Assembly (NCBI GenBank): GCA_973895155.1
Contig: OZ316896.1
Location: 9,683,525-9,747,524, forward strand
From: Marsupella aquatica
Lineage: Eukaryota > Plantae > Marchantiophyta
Direction: 5' to 3'
Length of the DNA stretch: 64,000 bases
Below are positions 26,181 to 38,705 of this stretch, one piece after another; within the stretch, counting starts at the first letter, position 1, and the number at the start of each line of letters is the position of its first letter. The position numbers were made by a program, and so were the translations under genes. A model generated the notes under the pieces. It was not told the DNA's origin. It did no database searches and was given only the letters and a program-made list of their open reading frames with translations.

Positions 26181-29100
26181 ATGAATGCTATGAAGAAAGC
26201 TCTTGTCGTCTTGTCAGCCGTCGGGCTGGTGGTGCTGTTCTTGAATATATTCGCCAACCGTCCGACCTCTGTCTCATATCCGCGGATGCCACGAGATGAA
26301 TCTCAGCTGGTTAGTGCATCTACTCTATTCGGTTTCTGACTTATGATCTTGCCCCAGTACAGGGGTTATGGAGTTAATTCAAATAGGTTTTATTGAGATT
26401 CTTGTAGTAATAGTCTCGTTAAGATTTCTTCTCTCTTTAAATTTGTCGGATTCAAATCGTCAAAGTGTGCGCATATCATTGCATTTATATCTATGCTGCA
26501 TAGAGAGTCTGTGCCCTCACCCCTCAAAGAATTTGTTCCAGTCATACATCACGTGCTCTAGGTTTACGGCTGCACGGGTGCTCTGCTTGTGCGCAATGAA
26601 AGTAGCCACCTAAGCTTGTCCGTTTCCAGACCTTGAAAGAAATCCTTTAGTATGGAGATCAACCTCTGTTGCAGCACTGACTACTCTGGCTTATCATGGA
26701 ACGTGGTTTGCCTGGACGTAGGCAGGTCCGAAATCATCCGAGGGACTGGCCGAGACCAAGGATCATGGAAATGATGCGAACCTTAAACGTCTATCAATGG
26801 ATGCAAATCTCTGGGAGCAGCCTGGTGTGGCGCTCGAGGCCTGTTGGAACAAGCAACTATCTAGTAAGTTCAGGAGGCGGAGTCCTGTCTGGCTGGACAT
26901 TAGGGTCAAATTTTCTAGTCCATTTTCTTTAGGTTGCAGTTTGCAAAATAAGAATTAATTTGTTACGTCACTTAGAAAGTGAAAAACAAGTAAATGCTTC
27001 CTGAAACTTGCTGTTGGGTCAATTTGGAGCGACGGGATGGAAAGTTTGCTTGACTGTTGTTATGAGACAGATGTGATCAATCAGCAAGGATGGATGCCTG
27101 TCATGTCACAAAAATGCTGCACGCTAAGCCTGAGGTATATGGAAATGGCAGTGTCATCACCTAATCGTACGAATGTGCAGAGCCGACCAGGAAGCCGTGG
27201 GGCTTTGTAGTGGTCACAACTTCAAATGGGCCACATAATCATCGGGCACAGGTATGTGCCTCTTTAGGAACAACTGTTTCCTTGGCACGTAAATGCTCAC
27301 TCTTCTAGCCACTGTCTGATGTAAGTAACACATCTTTTGCTGTTTTCGCTGAAGAAGTGAACGTGGACTTACAGATAGCAGATGCAGTGGTTGTGGCTGC
27401 CCAGCTTGGGGCATCCCTGATAGTGCCCAATATCAAGGAGGGTGCAAAGGAACCAAACAGGTTCGTATCCCACCTTTATATGCTTTGTTGGATTTAATGA
27501 TGAGTTTCTGACAAGTGAGTTCTGCATATGCTGGAGTCTCGTAGATGCTAACTATCGTTTTTTGCTTTATTTCAAGTCAGTCCTCCTACTTTTACGAAGC
27601 GAGGATTCTTGATGAAGATACTCCAGAATTCTTCCAAAGAGGCTAGCATTTTCAAACCAGATTCGGAAGCCAAAGGTCCAAAACGAGTGGTCTGAAAGTT
27701 GAATGTTTTGTGTGTGGGTGATGGTGGGGCTGGCTGTTGGGCTGTTTGGACAAAATGCAGTCGTTTTGAAGATATTTACAATGTCAGGAACTTCATCTCC
27801 AGTCTTGATGGGGTTGTGCGAGTGGTGGGGAGGCTACCTGAGTCGAAGGAAATGACCAATCAGACAATCACTAGTATTCCCCTCAGAGTGTCACGAGAAC
27901 AGATAGATGAGAAAGTGCGTCCAATCTTTGAGGAGCAAGGAGGTATTGTCTTCCTTGGGATATTCCTGTCGTCTAAACACGGGGGAAAAGAGGACAAGGA
28001 GATGACAGCTCTCCGCTGCTTGGTGATGTATAAGGCTCTCCAGTATATCGCTGCAATTCAAAAACTCGGTGATCGCTTGATTAATCGGATGAGGGAAGCT
28101 GCACCAGAATCAAGTGGAAAACGCTTTGTAGCAGTTGATTTACAAGTGGATTTGTTACGACATAAGGCGTGCAATGTGTCAGATGAAAAGCAGAGAAGAT
28201 GCCTCGAACCCCAGGAGGTTGGTCAATTTCTGAAGAGAATTGGGTTTCCATCTGAGACAGCAATCTATCTCACACAATCTAGATGGAACCCAAGTCTGGA
28301 ATCACTTCAAGGGATGTTTCCAAACGTGCACACAAAAGTAAGAACCTATCCTTGTAAATCCCGCTAAGATTTATTTGACATTGCAAAAATGTGTTTTGTT
28401 CAACGTTTATTAGAATGTCAAAACTTTCATGTCTGAGTCTTGATGGAGTGTATTGTTAATCTTTGCAAAGGTTTGGTGATCATGTTAACAAGAAGGTGAA
28501 AACAAGCGTTTTTGCCAAGGAGACCCCAAAGCAATTGGTTTTGTTCTCATTTCTCGTGTATTCCTTTCTGTATTCTCTTCTATCTCTGCATTGCACGGCG
28601 AACGGTCACATGTCGTGGATCCTTGTTACTGTCCTGATAGTCTGACTTTAGGTGTAGCGGCAGCAGACCCAAGGTTACTTATGGAGCCAGCATGATATTT
28701 TATGATGTTCTCCCTTTCATGTTGGGGAAAGGTGCAAGCGGTTTATCTATTGTGACAAATCTCTGATTTTCTTGGCTATACATAAGGAATCTCCAATCAT
28801 CTGTCCAATTTCAAGGCAGAAGATATGAAGGTTGTACTTGTTAGACACGGAAACATCAAAGCCTACGCTTTTGATTTCTGTTACCAGTTTTTATACTCAG
28901 AAACGGATCCATAAAAATAATCTCCTGTCCAAGACAGTGGGCTGGTTCTTGCTATCTGACTACCGCGCCCTACGTGGGTAGTTCCTTCCATCGCCCTACG
29001 TAAAATAATATCTCAAGTAAAACAGGGGGAAAGGACAGCTGCCTTATTACCTGGGCTTCCGAGTGTGTTCGGATTTGAACAGGGGAGCCATGTATTACAT

Positions 29101-29975
29101 GTCCAACAATTGCAATGTGTCTTCTGGCCACTGCGTTATGCAGAAACGACAATGGATTCACCCTCACCTTAAGGGGGCGTTCATAAAGATGTGCTATCTG
29201 GACATTTGTTTAGTTGATGATTTGATAGCAGAGCACAGTGGAAATTACATATTGCTAGTTCTGAAATTACAGTCAAGATCGAACTAGAGGGAAGCTTAAA
29301 ATGTACTGCCTCCAGACCATGTGGTCAGTGGCTGTTTGTTCATACAGACAGTCTAATTATAAAGTTTGTTGCGTCTCCCTAAAATGTTATTCAAATTGGG
29401 GATTTGCAAAGGATGGAGAGGAAAGAAATCAGAGAAAAGCGTGGGCCACATTATGCTTGTGGCGAGTCCTCAAACTTCTTTATTTCTTTCATGCTCGATA
29501 AGCATCAGTTCTTGCTGTCAGTGTTCATTTTAAGTCGTCAGTTTGCTAATGCAGCTGCTGTTGAATGAAACAGGAATACAGCATGCCCTTCAATGAGGAG
29601 AACCAGTACTTACTTTCTGGCAAGACTCAATTTGAGCAGGCGGTGGATTTCTACATATGCTCTCGGAGTGATGTCTTTGTACCCACGGTGCCTGGGCTCT
29701 TCTATGCTTATGTAGCAGGTCAGAGAATCTCACTAGGGTTGAACAACATAATAGTTCCAACTTTGGCCACCTTGCCTTATTCTGACAAGTCTCAGTTCAT
29801 TGGGAGAATTTCCCCCTATGTTGAGAAGAAGAGTCACCTAGTGTATCGTTGCTACTGTAAGCCGTCTGTCAGTGCTCCTGTTAATGAGACCCAAGGAGTG
29901 GAGGCTTCTACCAATTTAAAGTCGAAGCCAGTATCAGTTCCGGAACAAGCCTCTGAGCAAGATATTTCGAAATAG
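26181..29975 (+). CDS. MSR1: MANNAN SYNTHESIS-RELATED-like O-fucosyltransferase-family (GT106) type II membrane protein, 468 aa, 6 exons
   Basis: Exons 26181-26309, 26722-26863, 27181-27251, 27375-27460, 27761-28337, 29574-29975 (phases 0,1,0,2,0). N-terminal TM anchor; SNGPHNHRAQIADAVVVAAQLGASL, FEDIY, FLKRIGF..IYLTQSRW, VDFYICSRSDVFVP..GLFY, ISPYVEKKSHLVYRCYC match the MSR1/MSR2 pattern. Confidence 0.93.
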
Positions 29976-31085
29976 TGTCGCAGGAGAAAGCATATAATAT
30001 TTAGAAATATGGGTTAATACCAAAATGGCCATAGAATACTTCTAGAGCAGCTGCGTTGACTAGATTATTGTTCTAAGATCATAAATTTCTAATTAGAATT
30101 CTTGCCAGAGCTCTCTTGAGGACGGTGGCTCGCATCTTTGGGATGTACTCACATTTAAATCTGAAAAGTATTCTATCCGATCCTTAGTGATTGAATTGTA
30201 TTAGATCATTGAATTGAATTGTACGGTTTCAGAACGTGGAGGTCTCCATGAATTGGACGAAGATATCATGTGTATGGAGTAGCGACATTTCTCAGTCCAT
30301 GTCGTTCAACGTGAAGTTCGGGAAGTCCAAGAGAGTTGCACTTGTGCTCCAGTTGCCAACAACTCATGTCAAGGGTTCAAATATACGAAGTAAAAACTTT
30401 CAGAGTCAGATATGTAATGCTCAGGGCCTCTTTACATGTGCCATGGCCAATCCAGGTGAGCAACTTTGTAATAAGATACATCTCAACCGTCCAAAATTGT
30501 CCAAATGGTGAAGGTTTTACAAGCGACCAGCCCATTTCATAATGGCTCCCTTTATTACCTGCCATTAACCTATCTCTGAATTGCCCAATGATTTACTTCC
30601 AAGTGCGTTGGCTGTAGCTCAATCCTGGCTGCCTATCTTAATGAATCGCCCCTTCGCAGAAGATATTAGTATAGCCAAAAGAACTGTTGTGTTTGATTCA
30701 GATTTGACCTCCCATGTGTGGCTAGTGCTTGGGCTGTCACATATCCGTTTTTGCTATTTGATGACGAAAATTCTGTCGCTTGAAGTTGGGCTTCATTGCT
30801 AGGCGCCTGAATTGGAAGTGGATAGAACCACGGAAGGAAAAGCTTTGGTGTTGCTCATGATGACATCTTAACTCGTGTAGTCAGTAGCTTTCTGCAAACG
30901 CGATTTGAGCATAATCTGTTCCTGATCGTGAGCACTTTCTCCCCAAGTTCTTGTCACACTTTTAGTGATCAAACGTTATTTGGATTTGGTGTAGTCACCA
31001 GCACTTTTGGCTGTAACCTTACTCCAGTACATCAGCTATGGACTCTGAAAGTCTGCATGTCAGACGCCCTAGTGTATGCATTCGA

Positions 31086-31217
31086 ATCTATCCTTTCGAG
31101 TTTTGCTTAGCTTGCTTATCATTATGCAGCTGCACGGGAAGTAAGGGACCACAGTAATCTATCCTTTCGAGTTTTGCTTATCATTATGCAGCTGCACGGG
31201 AAGTAAGGGACCACAGT
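31086..31217. repeat. ~65-bp tandem duplication
   Basis: aatctatcctttcgagttttgctta...tcattatgcagctgcacgggaagtaagggaccacagt x2. Confidence 0.9.
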
Positions 31218-31739
31218 TGACTGCAACCTGTGCCTCTCCCAAGCAGATTTACAAACAACAAACTTTCCAGAGTTTAGGAACAGCATCCACCAGGCAAGCA
31301 AAGAACGGCATGGAGGAAAAAAACAAAAGAAGGGCATGCCAAAGACGTCATCATAAATTTTAAGAAGGGAAAGTGGCGCAGAGGAAAGTGGGAGCAAAAG
31401 CAAGTCTGGCCCCACCAACGAGACACAAACGTCAAAGTCAGTCTCCCACTCCATTGACAATTGACGACGAGAGTGATTTGTGCTGGTTTGGAAACTTCAC
31501 TCCCATCGAATGCGGATGTCCAGATCCAAAAGCGGGAATTTCGCCCTGGACGACAGCATCAAATTAATTGCAGAGATTTCCGATGTCGAGAGGAAAGCAG
31601 CCTCCGCCGCGAAAGTCTATCATGGTCCCCAAAAAGGCGAACGAAAGCCTCTGCTAGTCTGCTCCATCTGCTTTTCGACTCCTCTGCTCTACTGTATCTT
31701 TTTCCTTTTGGGTTGCGACGTTCAAGGCAAGAGCCACAA

Positions 31740-32150
31740 ACAGATAGATGAATAGCACCGATACATATCAAACTGCCAAAAAAACAGAAAAGTGTCCCAA
31801 CCTGAAGACATGATCTAGGCAAAAAACCCAAACAAGGGAGAAAAAAGAAAGGGCTAAAAAGCCAGAAAGACCAGGGCACAAGCCCAAGGCAAGAAAAACC
31901 ATAGACACAAAAACCTGAACCCTACATAGCAAGAGCCTGGTAGAGGTCAGGTGTAAACTGCATACCAAGGGAATTTGACTAGATGCCCAACCAATCATCT
32001 CTCCCGTCCAAAGAATAGTGAACACCTGTGCCCTCTGAAGAACACTAGACACCAGCTGTCTAAAAAAGACATATATGGAAACAAGGACAAGCACAGATTC
32101 CTGTCCAGGAGGTCTAGAGTTTCTGTAACACTCATTCCCTAAAACCCTTG
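31740..32150 (-). mobile_element. Old 3' remnant of the CRE-like RLE retrotransposon family
   Basis: Translation FFRQLVSSVLQRAQVFTI (FRQ starts at 32064) matches the C-terminus HFRQRISVTLQRAQARAI of the 4.6-6.9 kb element. It is followed by a similarly U-rich tail. Confidence 0.65.
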
Positions 32151-32286
32151 GTCTCACTCTTACATGGGAAGAGCATCTCCTAGGTTTGGTTAGTGTAACC
32201 GGACAAGCACAGATGCCCACTTAGATATTTGAGTTCCTGTAACACTTGTTTACTAGAACCCCTTGGTCTCACTCTTACATGTTAAA

Positions 32287-32616
32287 GAGCATCTCCAAGG
32301 TTTGGTTACTGTAACTGGTGTTGACCAACCAGTAAAGAAAATGGAAAAATTAAGTGTATCCCTACCAGATTTTTGGTTACTGGATGTGTACAGGGGAAGA
32401 GTACATGACTCTCTATTGGGTTCATTGTTGCGCTTTCAAGATGTCAATCTATGGTCGCCCATTGCTGATCTCTACTCTTTAGGAACATTATCCTGTGAGG
32501 CAACGGGTTGCTTTGAAGTTGACCATGATAGTTCATACAGTAAACTAAAAAGGGGCTTTGTCAGACTATGTATTTAATTACCAAGTAATCAAAGTCCCTT
32601 ATGGTTGGAGATGCTC
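32287..32616. mobile_element. Tourist-like MITE, 330 bp
   Basis: Perfect 12-bp TIR GAGCATCTCCAA (32287) / TTGGAGATGCTC (ends 32616), followed by TAA; the left flank is TAAA. The left end plus its flank is duplicated at 32117-32200. Confidence 0.75.
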
Positions 32617-34559
32617 TAAGAGAGTGACCTACAGCGCTCTCAGGTGTCTAGTCCTTTTTCTTTGCAAGGGCTTAGTGAACCACACTTTTGTATGGGCGTT
32701 TGTGCAAAAGCAAATAGGCTTATGAAGATTGAATTCAGTGCAGAGGCTCACCATAGCCAGGCAGAGTGCATAGTTGTGACCAATGTTAAGCAAATTCTGC
32801 ACTTATGTAGATCCATGCACTATAGATGGCATTTGGAAATATGATGACATATACCCTCTTGCCTTCACCTTCTGTGGGCGATGGGCAGTGCACTATAATC
32901 AGCAGCATTGAATGCCCGGACCCATTGGGCGACAATGAATGAGTTTCCCATGAACACTAGTCCATACGAATGTAGACAAGCGGTGCCAAACGGGTCAAGT
33001 CACCTCTGCAACCATTTTCTTTGTTTTTTTTGCCTTCATGCAGAGAGGTGGCCGGCTGCCCCAGATTTTAGTAGGGGGTCTCTGCACCCAGGCTTAGGAG
33101 TCAGGGCTTTACCGGCCTCTGTACAGTCAACCATGCTGAAGTGCAATGTTTACAAGTGCAAATTGTGTTTTACTCAAGGCAAAGGCACCTTTCACAAAAA
33201 TCCCCCTCCCCCCCCAACTCTTATTCTTGGAAGTTTTTCTTGCATATTTATCTTAGTAGATGACAAATATTCAAGTGCAAACCATGGGATAAGTGTATGA
33301 TTGCAATTGCCCTCAAGTCCATGAGCAATAAAAAATGCTTTTATTGTTAAGCACAGGACATGTTGACATAGAGTATGACATTGCACTATTCAAACAACAA
33401 TACTAGCCATCCTCTGGATAGAAACATGTGGAAACTGGTGTGCTTGCACTTATGGCAAAGTCTATTTTTGCACTTGCACTTACAGTAGCATACATTTTGT
33501 TTGTACTTATGGCATAATGCAAACTGTGGTTAAGTGCAAGAAAGTGTCTACTTCCCAAGGCCTTGCACTTATGCCTAATACTATGATGCCCCCTGCCCTG
33601 TAGGGAAGAAACGGACTCTAGATGACGAGAGATGCAGTAAGTGGGGTTCAAACAACACTTTTTGACAAATGGCCGTAAAATAATGATTTTCCAATTTTTT
33701 GCAAGCCAAAGTGACTTAATCCAAGGCAATAAATGATGACTCGTCTCTTTGAATGACCGTATGAACTACTTTCCAATGACTCTAGGTGGGTGGACCGAGC
33801 TTTACATCTACAACACATTAATGTTCCCCCATTTTCCTGGGGTCCCATACACTGGCCATCCTAGTCCCTAAGTCCCCCATGTTGTTATCCACTCCCCGAG
33901 TTTGCCAAAAACATAAACCAAGACTCTACCATTTTATCACTTGCTCCGGACCAAACAACTTTGTGTCTTTTGAACTTTGACCCTAAATGACTTTCCAAAG
34001 GACTAGTCTCTCTGAATGACATGAGTCCTTGAATGACATGAGTCCTTTGAACCCGGGCTTTGAACTGTGGGTCCTGTGGGAGAAGCAGCTACCCCTCTAA
34101 GCAGGACGCGAAGTTGAGTAGAATACTAGAATCTGACAACGGAGTGGGCTGGCTGTGTGCTTTGGTACAATTAGCTACTGCTCGAGGCAGAAGAGAAGAA
34201 GATGACAAAGCCGCCCAAAAAGAAGTGAAAAGATCCTTCTGGCTGGAGTAAAATCTATGGTCAGTCCAGCATTCCAGCATGCTGGGAGCTGCATTGGGCC
34301 CTGGCCCCTGCGGACTCATGGCCAGCTTGCTTGCCTCCAGTACAGTACGGGCCAGTACTCTCGGTTCCGGAACATCCGAACATGATTGTCAGCTGATGTT
34401 CCGGGTCCAGACTGGCACCAGAGCTCGTCCACGTTTGTCCACAGAGCCTGCATTGAGGGTATGGAGGAATGAATCGCTAAATCAATGGATGGAATGAAGG
34501 ATGAAGCTTTGATTAGCTTGCCTGCGCCATTTATTACTGCCTCCTCCCCCTCGTCTGCA

Positions 34560-34775
34560 GCTCTAAGCCGTACAGGAGATTGTTCTTCCTCCAGGCTTCC
34601 AAGCTACTAACTTGTATCCGTTAATCCGTCGATGGTCCTGTACTCCTCCACTGTTTAATTCTCTTTCAGCTGGTTTCGGGAAAACAACAGTTGCTCTCTG
34701 TAAGCCGTACAGTAGATTGTTCTTCCTCCAGGCTACTAACTTATATCCGTGGACGGTCCTTCACTCCTCCACTAA
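34560..34775. repeat. Diverged ~85-bp direct repeat
   Basis: taagccgtacag.agattgttcttcctccaggct..ctactaactt.tatccgt..ggtcct..actcctccact near 34564 and 34700. Confidence 0.8.
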
Positions 34776-35734
34776 TCTTTGGTTGGTTGCTTCCTTTTGG
34801 TTTTGTGGGGGACCCCTTGGCTTTTCGGTCTACTCTAGGCTCTTTCTTCCCTTTTGGGTTGCTTTGCCTTCGGGACCGATCTCCCCAGTTTGGCGTTTTT
34901 GTTAGTTTGCATAGCGTTTTTGTTAATTTGCACTATTATATATATCCACTGTCTAAATCTCGTGCATCCGGAAAACAACAGTGAGGATAGTTGGTTAGTT
35001 ACAGTAGTTCTCCTGCAGCACTTTTGGATTTGGCCTTTGGTCTTCATGTACATTCTCGCCTGATTTAGGAGGTGCGCTTCCTGTGCTGTGTGCACTTTGA
35101 AAATGAATCTTTATCCGTGTCCCTCGAAGTGACGTCGTTACTGTTGTCAGTGCCTGCTCCCCAGGGGTTTTCGCTGCTTTGGTTTGTCCTGTTGGTACGA
35201 TGTGGATGCGGTCTGGATACACGTGATTCACCGAGATGTGCGCCTTGATCAGACATTCGCTTGTACATTGCGGGACGGAGTACTAGGACTGTAGCCTCCT
35301 TACGCACACTTCGTGTGTGTGTTAGCAGCGCACAGACGCTTGAAATCCTTTACTGTGCTTTACTACAGCATTTACTCCAGCTGGACTGTAAGTGGACCCG
35401 GTACCATGATTCAAGCTCTTGCGGTGGAATTGGGGTTGTGCGAGACACGGACACAAACAGAGACTGAGCTGTTCAACCTTTACTGGTGTGCATACTGGAA
35501 GAGCTGGTTCATAGCCACTTCAAGAGATCTGGAGTGTGCTAGAAACGGATCCCTCCTCAGACAGCCATCTTGTACTGGCCACATTCAGAAAGGAATTGAG
35601 CAGGCACACACTTCCAGCAATCCGGAAGTCTAAACCCCGAATCGCTCCTTCTCGTGTTAATGTGTGTGAAAGACGGTCCTACGTACATCCTTCTGCGCTG
35701 CGTTAGGGAGGTCGACAAAATCCTTCACTAGCTT

Positions 35735-35885
35735 TTCCTTCGACTTTCTGGGTTCTAGAAATCAATTAAACAAGAAACTCACCATCTTCGTTTGACTTTC
35801 TGGGCTTCTAGAAATCAATTAAAACAAAGAAACGCACCATCTTCCTTTGGCTTTCTGGGTTTCTAGTATTCAATTAAAGCAAAGG
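35735..35885. repeat. Three ~52-bp tandem copies
   Basis: ctttctggg(c)ttctagaaatcaattaaa(a)caa(a)gaaac.caccatcttc x3. Confidence 0.85.
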
Positions 35886-36624
35886 AACGAAAGGTACATC
35901 GAAAGCGATTCAATTGTCTGTGTTCCTTTTTGGGCATAGTCTCTCAATAGATATTGCCATATACCTTGGCTGATTGGGAGGGAGACTCAATGCCCTGTCA
36001 ATCATTCGAAAATGATTCTCAACCGGTGATCTATTCCCAACTTTGAGTCATTACTTTCAACATGCAAGAGATCCGGAGTTGAAAGTGAATCAACTTTGAG
36101 TCCGCTGGGACCCAAGCAGGGCAAAGGCAAAGACAGACACCGATTGAGCACAGCACAGAACCCACTTCGAGAGAGACCGCGAGTCACGGCGTCCGACTAG
36201 CTTAATCGTTGAGGGATCAACTAACAGTTGGGTAACGACAGAATCTTTCTTGAAAGGAACCTCTTGATAGATAACCGCTAATCCAGAATGAAATACAAGC
36301 CGCGAAAAGTGCAATCAACGGGATATCAATCTCGCCTTTAACCCGCGTGTACATACAGTACAAACGCCCACGCCAGAAGTCCAAAACTATTTCCATGTAC
36401 CTTAGCCCCTGTAGGGTCCCGAACATGGAGAAGGAACAAGACGGTAGTCGTGATGCAGACATTAACTGACGAGGCGACAAGAACCAAAAAGTTGTAGCAG
36501 AATGATGCAGTATCTCAGACTTGATGCTGAACAAGTTGCCACAGTACAGTCTTTCGTCGTACTTTACGTCACGAATTTACGTTGAACCTTTCCCATTGAA
36601 TAGTGCGATCTTCCCTTTCTGTTC

Positions 36625-37015
36625 AGTAAGATACCTGTAGGGGTTGTGGCAAGCAAAGACCATTTGAAAGGCGAGGTGGGGATTTGGCAAGGGAAAGCCT
36701 TGCGAGGCAGAAAACGAGTCTTTCTCTGTGGCTGTCTAGGTCCCTCCTGCACGGTAAGAAACCTGAAGGTGGCAACAAGCCAAGGCTACTTGAAACGCGG
36801 TAAGAAACCTGAAGGTGGCAACAAGCAAAGGCTACTTGAAAGGCTAGGTGGGGATTTAGGAAGGAAGAGCGTGGAGAGGCGAAAAACGAGCCTTTCTCTG
36901 ACGCGGTGTGGGTCCCCCCTTTCTGAACTGTAAGATACCTGTCGACTACTTGAAAGCGAGGTGGGCGCAAGTAAGGAAGAGCGTGGCGAGTAAGGCAGGC
37001 AGAAAACGAGCCCTT
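36625..37015. repeat. Nested direct repeats
   Basis: cggtaagaaacctgaaggtggcaacaagc x2; taagatacctgt x2; ggcagaaaacgag-like x3; aggaagagcgtgg x2. Confidence 0.8.
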
Positions 37016-38705
37016 CTATGTTTCAGACTAAAGTTATTTATGGACCCAAGTAGGCGACACTAACACTCACCCAGTCCTGGATTCCAAGTCGCCATCGACG
37101 TAGTAGTAGTACGTACGCTGAGAAGTACGGTTCCTGCTTTCCGTGCTTTGGAAAGGAAAGGGCCTCGGCACCTGAGCCCTGCAGAAAGAGAGATCCTGTG
37201 GATTCCAGAGCACTGCTGGACCTGTCTGACTGTTGCCCACTGATGCCAACTGGAAAAATCTTTCCTGCGCTGCTTTCTGCCCATGGACCATAAACTAATT
37301 GACGACCATCCTTGGCCAGCTTCTAAAACCTATTCTGCGCTGCTTTCTGCCCCTGGACAGAAAACCAATTGCAGAACAACCTTGAGCTTCACTCTTTGCT
37401 GCGAACCAATTTTCGTGCCCTTGAGAACTCGGCACTGCACCACCTGTTGAAGATATTAAGATTCCCTTGATGTTCCTTCCACGGACGAAGCTCGGGGAGA
37501 GGTTTCCGAGACAGGGCAGACACTTCTCGTGGTTTCAGGGCAGCAGCATTCGTTCAAGTCCATTGATCTCTCCATCATCCCAAGACTTATGCTCAAACGT
37601 AATTCACAATCTGAATCCTCGGACCTTAGCTGGGTATTCAGTGCCGAACCACACTGGGATCGAAATAATTTAACGCGATGGGAGGAGCTGGTACGAATTT
37701 CTAACGCAAGTCTACTTTTGCGCAAATATTTAGATTGAAACGATGTTCCTGACACTACATTGTTGAGCGCGAAGAGTTCATGCTGTGCATTGCCCCACTG
37801 GACATACATCACGGCCAGTCTTGTGATCTTTTACGTATGCATTGCACAGACAACTCTGTAGACCAACGACTTCCCAAGATTCGTTTGACAACGAAAGCAA
37901 GCACGCACGCTTATCCAGTCCACCGGTAATACCCTGCGATGGATCCCAATTCGTGTAGAAACAAATTCTTGAATGAATGCTTATCAAATCATACTCAATC
38001 TCGTTCTACAATGAACTTGAATTGCAGTTCACGTAGAGAAACAACCAAACTCCATGATTAAACGAGGCCCCGCTGAAAATCATTGTGACCAAAGTAGGCC
38101 TGCTATCATTGACACCGAGGGGGTATTACTCCCCCAAAAAATCTAGTATTACAATTTCTCAATGGGTAACTGAAGGCTTGACTTGAAGCTTAGACGTCAA
38201 GGTAACGAACATGTACTAGTTAATGTATAACTGTGATTTCTTGAAGCACAGTCACAACCCCTTTGCAGTGCTCACCACATAATAATGACTTGTTCCGCCA
38301 GGCTTCGTGATTCTTCTCGTGTTTTGCCGCCCCTGTGAAGTGAGTAAACAAAATACATTAGTTTAAGTTGTGATGATAGAGATTCCAAAACTGACTGCCC
38401 ATGAGCATGGTGGACCATGAAAACCATGTGAACAGCAAAGAAGACTTACCTGAAATGAGAAGGCATAGAGATTGAAGCTCGCAAGTCCCGCAATTGAAAA
38501 TTGTACATAATTGTAGGTTGATGCCAACTTCTCATAATCCGGAAGAAACACCACTCCTTGAATAACCCTAAGAGAACAGGACACCGTATCTCCAAGAAAT
38601 TTGGGACTAAGAATTAAAGAATATGTGCGCCGAGGTGCCGACCCCGGTGTCTGGCCTAATTTTTCGCCTTCACAACCCTAAAAATACATATATAATCTGT
38701 TCAGT

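Noticed and set aside
31480-31755. Myb/trihelix-like fragment (RSKSGNFALDDSIKLIAEI)
   Set aside because: Too short, lacks the conserved Trp residues, and no continuation was found.
34351-34416. Hairpin CCGGAACATC/GATGTTCCGG as a miRNA precursor
   Set aside because: Only a 10-bp perfect stem, too short and interrupted for a 21-nt duplex, and no known mature sequence recognised.
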